Shown here: positions 21,929 to 25,944 of the stretch, in pieces
Layout: each line of letters opens with the position of its first letter
Numbering within the stretch: position 1 is the stretch's first letter
Source of the DNA: Hormiphora californensis
Lineage: Eukaryota > Animalia > Ctenophora
Reading direction: 5' to 3'
Length of the DNA: 25,944 nt
Assembly (NCBI GenBank): GCA_020137815.1
Contig: WFME01000022.1
Location: 1-25,944 of the forward strand
Position numbers and translations under genes: made by a program
Notes under the pieces: generated by a model
Databases searched by the model: none
What the model saw: only the letters and a program-made list of their open reading frames with translations
What the model was told of the DNA's origin: nothing

Positions 21929-22413
21929 TAAGATAAGATCTGGTCAATGTACCCAATTAAGCCCAATTATGTTAAATTAAGACATTTTTCACACCTCTGA
22001 GTTCCATTATATGCTCATAATCGTATTCACCGGTCAAAAACAGGTCATTATTCATGGCTGAGCCGTATAAATCGCATAATATCAAAGATTCGGCTATGCG
22101 CACATCCAATTATCCAATTAACCAATTAACCAATTGAGATAGGAACTTTTCATGGGTGTCTACCCCCACTAATGCGAGGACGCTACATATTTTAATGTCC
22201 TTAGATTTGTCTCTACTCATTTCCTAAAGAAAGTTACGTTTTTGGAATCAGGCTGAAAATACTGGTGCCGCGCCCACCCGGAAATGAGGGTCTTCCTCAC
22301 CTCCGATCGGCTGGAACTTTTTTTTGGTTATTCACAAGACCCATTAGGGTCACTTAGTGAAGGAATTAGCTTGTAAAGAATTTTGCCACTAATTTCGGCT
22401 ATCTTGCCCTAAC

Positions 22414-23136
22414 TAAGGTGTCGTTTCCCCAGGAGGCGGAGCTTCCTTCTCCATGACCTCTGGATCATAAAGCATGTTGCTGTAGTTTTGCACCCGTACT
22501 TTATTGTACAGGTCTTGGGTTTCACTCATAACTGGGGTTCCCTTTATAAGAGATGTAGCTTTGGACAGGATGAAAGCTGCCTTTTGACAGAGGTTACTTT
22601 CATTTTTGCGTACTTACCCTCTGGTTTAACGAACCAGTACATCCCGTTTGGGTTAACGGGCAGGGGTTTTGGCCCCTGTGGGTATTACGTCCCCTCCGAT
22701 CTTGCTGTGTTGGTTGAGCACCTTTCCTCCCCATCTTAGCGGAATCGGTTGCTTCTGTTTATTAGTTTTGTGAGTTTGTTTAGGTTAAGTGTCTCGTTTC
22801 GAATTTGTATAATTCTTCGCTTATTGTGACTCACAATAAGAGGTGTCCGAGTTTATGTTTTGCCTCGTCTAGGTCCGGGCAAAACATGAGGACATGTTCT
22901 GAGTTCTCTTTTACCTTACACGGTGTGCAATTTGGTCGATTTTGTTGTCGTTGATTTGTTGGGCTGATGCCAGATTGTTTTGTCCTGATATGGCTTGTGT
23001 TAGTTGTCTTAGGCTTTTTGTCTTTAAACTTTATCATGTTGTACTGTTTGTATAGTTTTGGTAGTACTGCTGTAGTGAAAACGTTATACTTTTTCGTTTG
23101 TATTTCTTTGATGATCGTTTTATTTAAGTGTATCGA
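22414..23136 (-). repeat. Near-identical direct duplicate of 20323-21043
   Basis: Only one substitution and a 2-bp indel noticed. Confidence 0.95.
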
Positions 23137-23307
23137 GATGACAGGTTACTAGTCATTTTATAGTTTAAATTTGATATGTGTGGTCGTCACTCCATTCAAG
23201 AGAGGTATGCGTAGTAAACTCCCCAAATGACGTGGGCTACGAAAGAAGTACCATGATGGTTTTTCTCCTACTCAGTCTGGAATTTTGCTGAGTAGTAGTC
23301 CCAGATA

Positions 23308-23490
23308 TCCCTTTATCCTGACCCAAGGCTGGGCAGCCAAGGCTGGGCGGTCAGGAGGGTGGTATGCCACCAGCTTGGAATTCCCTTTATCCTGACCCAA
23401 GGCTGGGAGGTCAGGAGGGTGGTATGCCACCAGCTTGGATTTCCCTTTTCCTGACCCAAGGCTGGGAGGTCAGGAGGGTGATGTGCCATC
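23308..23490. repeat. ~60-bp tandem repeat x3
   Basis: TCCCTTTATCCTGACCCAAGGCTGGGAGGTCAGGAGGGTGGTATGCCACCAGCTTGGA unit. Confidence 0.9.
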
Positions 23491-23894
23491 TTCTGTTTCT
23501 CCCACCCTTTGCCTGATGGGCTTTAATGGCAAAGGACGGGTTTTGGCCGGTATTTAGCCATCTACTTTGGCCCAGTGCACAAGGCTGGGGAGATGGTGTA
23601 ATATCGGCCGGGGGGGGGGGGGTATCTCTATTCAGAGAGAGATGAGTCATGAGCGGATTAGAGAAAGGAAGAGAGAAAAACACACCACCCAAGGAGGGCA
23701 GCTCTGTTTCCTTGAAGTGGTATGTGAGATGCTCCAGGCAGTTCAAGAGCTTCATGGTTTACCCCGGGGTATGCCGGGTCACCCCTGAAGATTCCCTGCC
23801 TGGTCTGTAGGACACTATTGCTATCTAAAAAAATAGACATTAGCCGCGGCCTGCATCTCAAGGGCGTGGGAAGGAATCTCACCCTCCTAGTGTC

Positions 23895-24437
23895 ACACTT
23901 GACAGGGTTGTTATGACGATTTGGCAAGGCCCCTGTTAATGTGTAGGATACGCAAGTGGTCTATCTCAACCCTATCATACACTAAGATGTTATTCAAGCA
24001 GCTATGAGCTTCATAACAGGGCAAAATGCAATGCGATACCTGAGACCACTTTTGGGAAAATTCCAGTTCTGACATTCACAAGACATTCTAAACATGAGTA
24101 GGATAAAAACCCGGGTACCAAAATGACCGCCAGACAATTTCCTACAACTCTTATGAGGAATTCAATGTGATCCGAACAATTTTGCACTTGTGCATTTTTC
24201 AAAACGTGAACCCGGTCGGATTTCATGAACACGTAATTTTGACTTTACGACGATATATCTGACGATTGGTAAGACTTGGAAAGTCAATCTTGCAACCAAA
24301 TGTTCGCCAGACAATTCTCTAGAACACTGTTTTTGTTAGAAACCATTTTGACCAATTTTTCGATCAGTTTTTTGTCGTTTAATGGAGCCCGGTCATGACC
24401 CAAAATCGCAGGTGATGCAAAGACAGTGGGCCACCTG
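23895..24437. mobile_element. Family B DNA transposon, right-end fragment (diverged copy of ~4434-4972)
   Basis: Colinear similarity ending CAGTGGGCCACCTG|TA. Confidence 0.88.
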
Positions 24438-24927
24438 TATATCTAAAGTGGACTCTTTATCTACACTTACACTTTGAAAAAGTTTGGATAAAGAGTCCGC
24501 CTTTGCAGACTCCTAACCTCACCCATTTCAACGATTAGGTCACATATACACATGCCCCGTTTTTGTTGTTGTTTAGTCTCCACATCCAGCTTATTCAACT
24601 CCCCATATTTACCATAAACACCGTCATCTCTCACTCTTGGCCGGATCAATTTTCAATACTTTGTCACCATGCACCCAATGATCTGAGAAACAAAGGGCCC
24701 CTCTTAAAAAATACCCACTTAAGAGCCAACTGAAGTTGATATCTCTTATAGATCAAATCCTTGTGTTTCAATAACATCATTCCCCTCCAACTGTGCGAGC
24801 CTCAGATTTTACTATTTATTAATACAGGGTGTTCTCACAAACCACTATTATTTTAATACCTCAACTTTCTCATCACTCACTCAACATCGTTTCACCTACC
24901 AGTACCAATTACCATCCTATCTCCAAT

Positions 24928-25944
24928 ATGAAGTTCATCCAGCACAACTGTAGAAAGACCACTGTAGCTGCAACTGAGATTAGGATCAGATTAGAACACA
25001 ATGAAGCCGATATTGCCCTGGTTACAGAACCACCTATAAAAGGTCAGGGACTGAAAGCGGACGGGTTCGGCGCCCTCACTAGCCATGTTGGATCCAACGG
25101 GGGCAGAATAAGATCAACCGTCATCACAAAAGGATCGGGCTTAAGGCAAATACCTCAATTCAGTTCCGCAGACATGGTCGTGGTGAAGAGAGACAAACTG
25201 ACAAACTGACAAACTGGTGGTATGTTGTGTTTACTGGGCATCTGGTGAACCGTTGCCCGGGGCCCTTGGAGACCTGGCCTCATGGTGCGGTCTCGACTTG
25301 ATTATCGGAGGTGACTTCAACTGCCACGACTACCGCTGGGGAAACAGATCGGACAAACGTGGCGGAGATCTAGTAGACGTCATGGACAAGTACAACCTAA
25401 AATTGGTTAACACCCCAGGGGCTATGAAAGAAGGTCTATTACCGTAGAATCTAGAGGTCAATCGGTAACTCTCAACGACCTACCTGGTGGAGCCCAGGGT
25501 ACTATAGGTATGCCTCCAAAATGGAATTGTGTCACTACAGAGGTACTTTACCAGGTCAATGCAAAAGAATACGCCCAGGCAGTAGCGGAAGATTTTGCAG
25601 CGGTAGTCCCAGGGACATTGATCGGTAACATTATGGAGAGAGGACAATGGGTACTCAACACGATAGCATCATGGGCAACGAAACATGAGCATTGAGCTTG
25701 AGCTAAACCCTGAAAAAACCCGATTTGTGTTATTCGCCCACAAAAGGTTACCACCGATAGGACGAACTCTTTCCTATAATGGGCACCAGATAGAGGAGGC
25801 AAGTATCTACAAATATCTTGGGGTCACTCTGGACAACCGCCTATCATGGGTCCCACACTTTGAAGGGGTTATCAGGGATGCTAGGCGGATCGAAGGCGCA
25901 GCACTCTGCATATCGAGGGATGATTGGGGGTCCGGCATGAGAAC
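24928..25944 (+). mobile_element. Degenerate R1/LOA-like LINE ORF2 with a large internal deletion (runs off the window)
   Basis: MKFIQHN...DIALVTEP...IIGGDFNCH...WG...RG..L...LVN, then jumps (~25420) to late RT: QGTIGMPPKWN, AQAVAED, LNPEKT, KYLGVTLDNRLSW; frameshift at (GACAAACT)3. Confidence 0.75.

Noticed and set aside
23137-23891. Possible Helitron 3' ends (GGTTACTAGT near 23150; weak hairpin plus CTAGT near 23888)
   Set aside because: Hairpins are incomplete and no matching 5' end was found.
24446-24505. Inverted repeat GGACTCTTTATC/GATAAAGAGTCC
   Set aside because: Isolated short hairpin with no TSD or second copy; cannot be assigned.

Overview
Repeat-dense eukaryotic DNA, most likely an invertebrate animal (GT-AG introns, microsatellites, MITEs, LINEs); it is not prokaryotic. 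Left half: an 8-exon PIF/Harbinger-type DDE transposase gene on the minus strand (11649->3589), mostly missed by the ORF track, whose introns hold several TA-TSD MITEs and one complete 3.4-kb non-autonomous LTR retroelement (5209-8629, 590-bp LTRs, GAAG TSD). The standout feature is that this element's primer-binding site is not the usual ~18 nt but a complete, fully foldable 76-nt tRNA-Lys(CTT) with encoded CCA, suggesting it may encode its own reverse-transcription primer. Its LTR also carries six helically phased C/EBP-like palindromes next to a TATA box. Penelope-type minimal hammerhead motifs occur in a 285-bp palindrome (1715-1999) and at 20005-20048. Right half: a CRE-clade (RLE) retrotransposon split by a young CR1/L2-group LINE with an intact EN-RT ORF, a second CR1-group fragment, a duplicated LINE 3' end flanking a foldback minisatellite, and an internally deleted R1/LOA-like LINE. 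LTR-LTR differences are almost all 1-bp indels, so many frameshifts in the left half may be assembly errors. All calls come from reading the sequence by eye; no searches were run.
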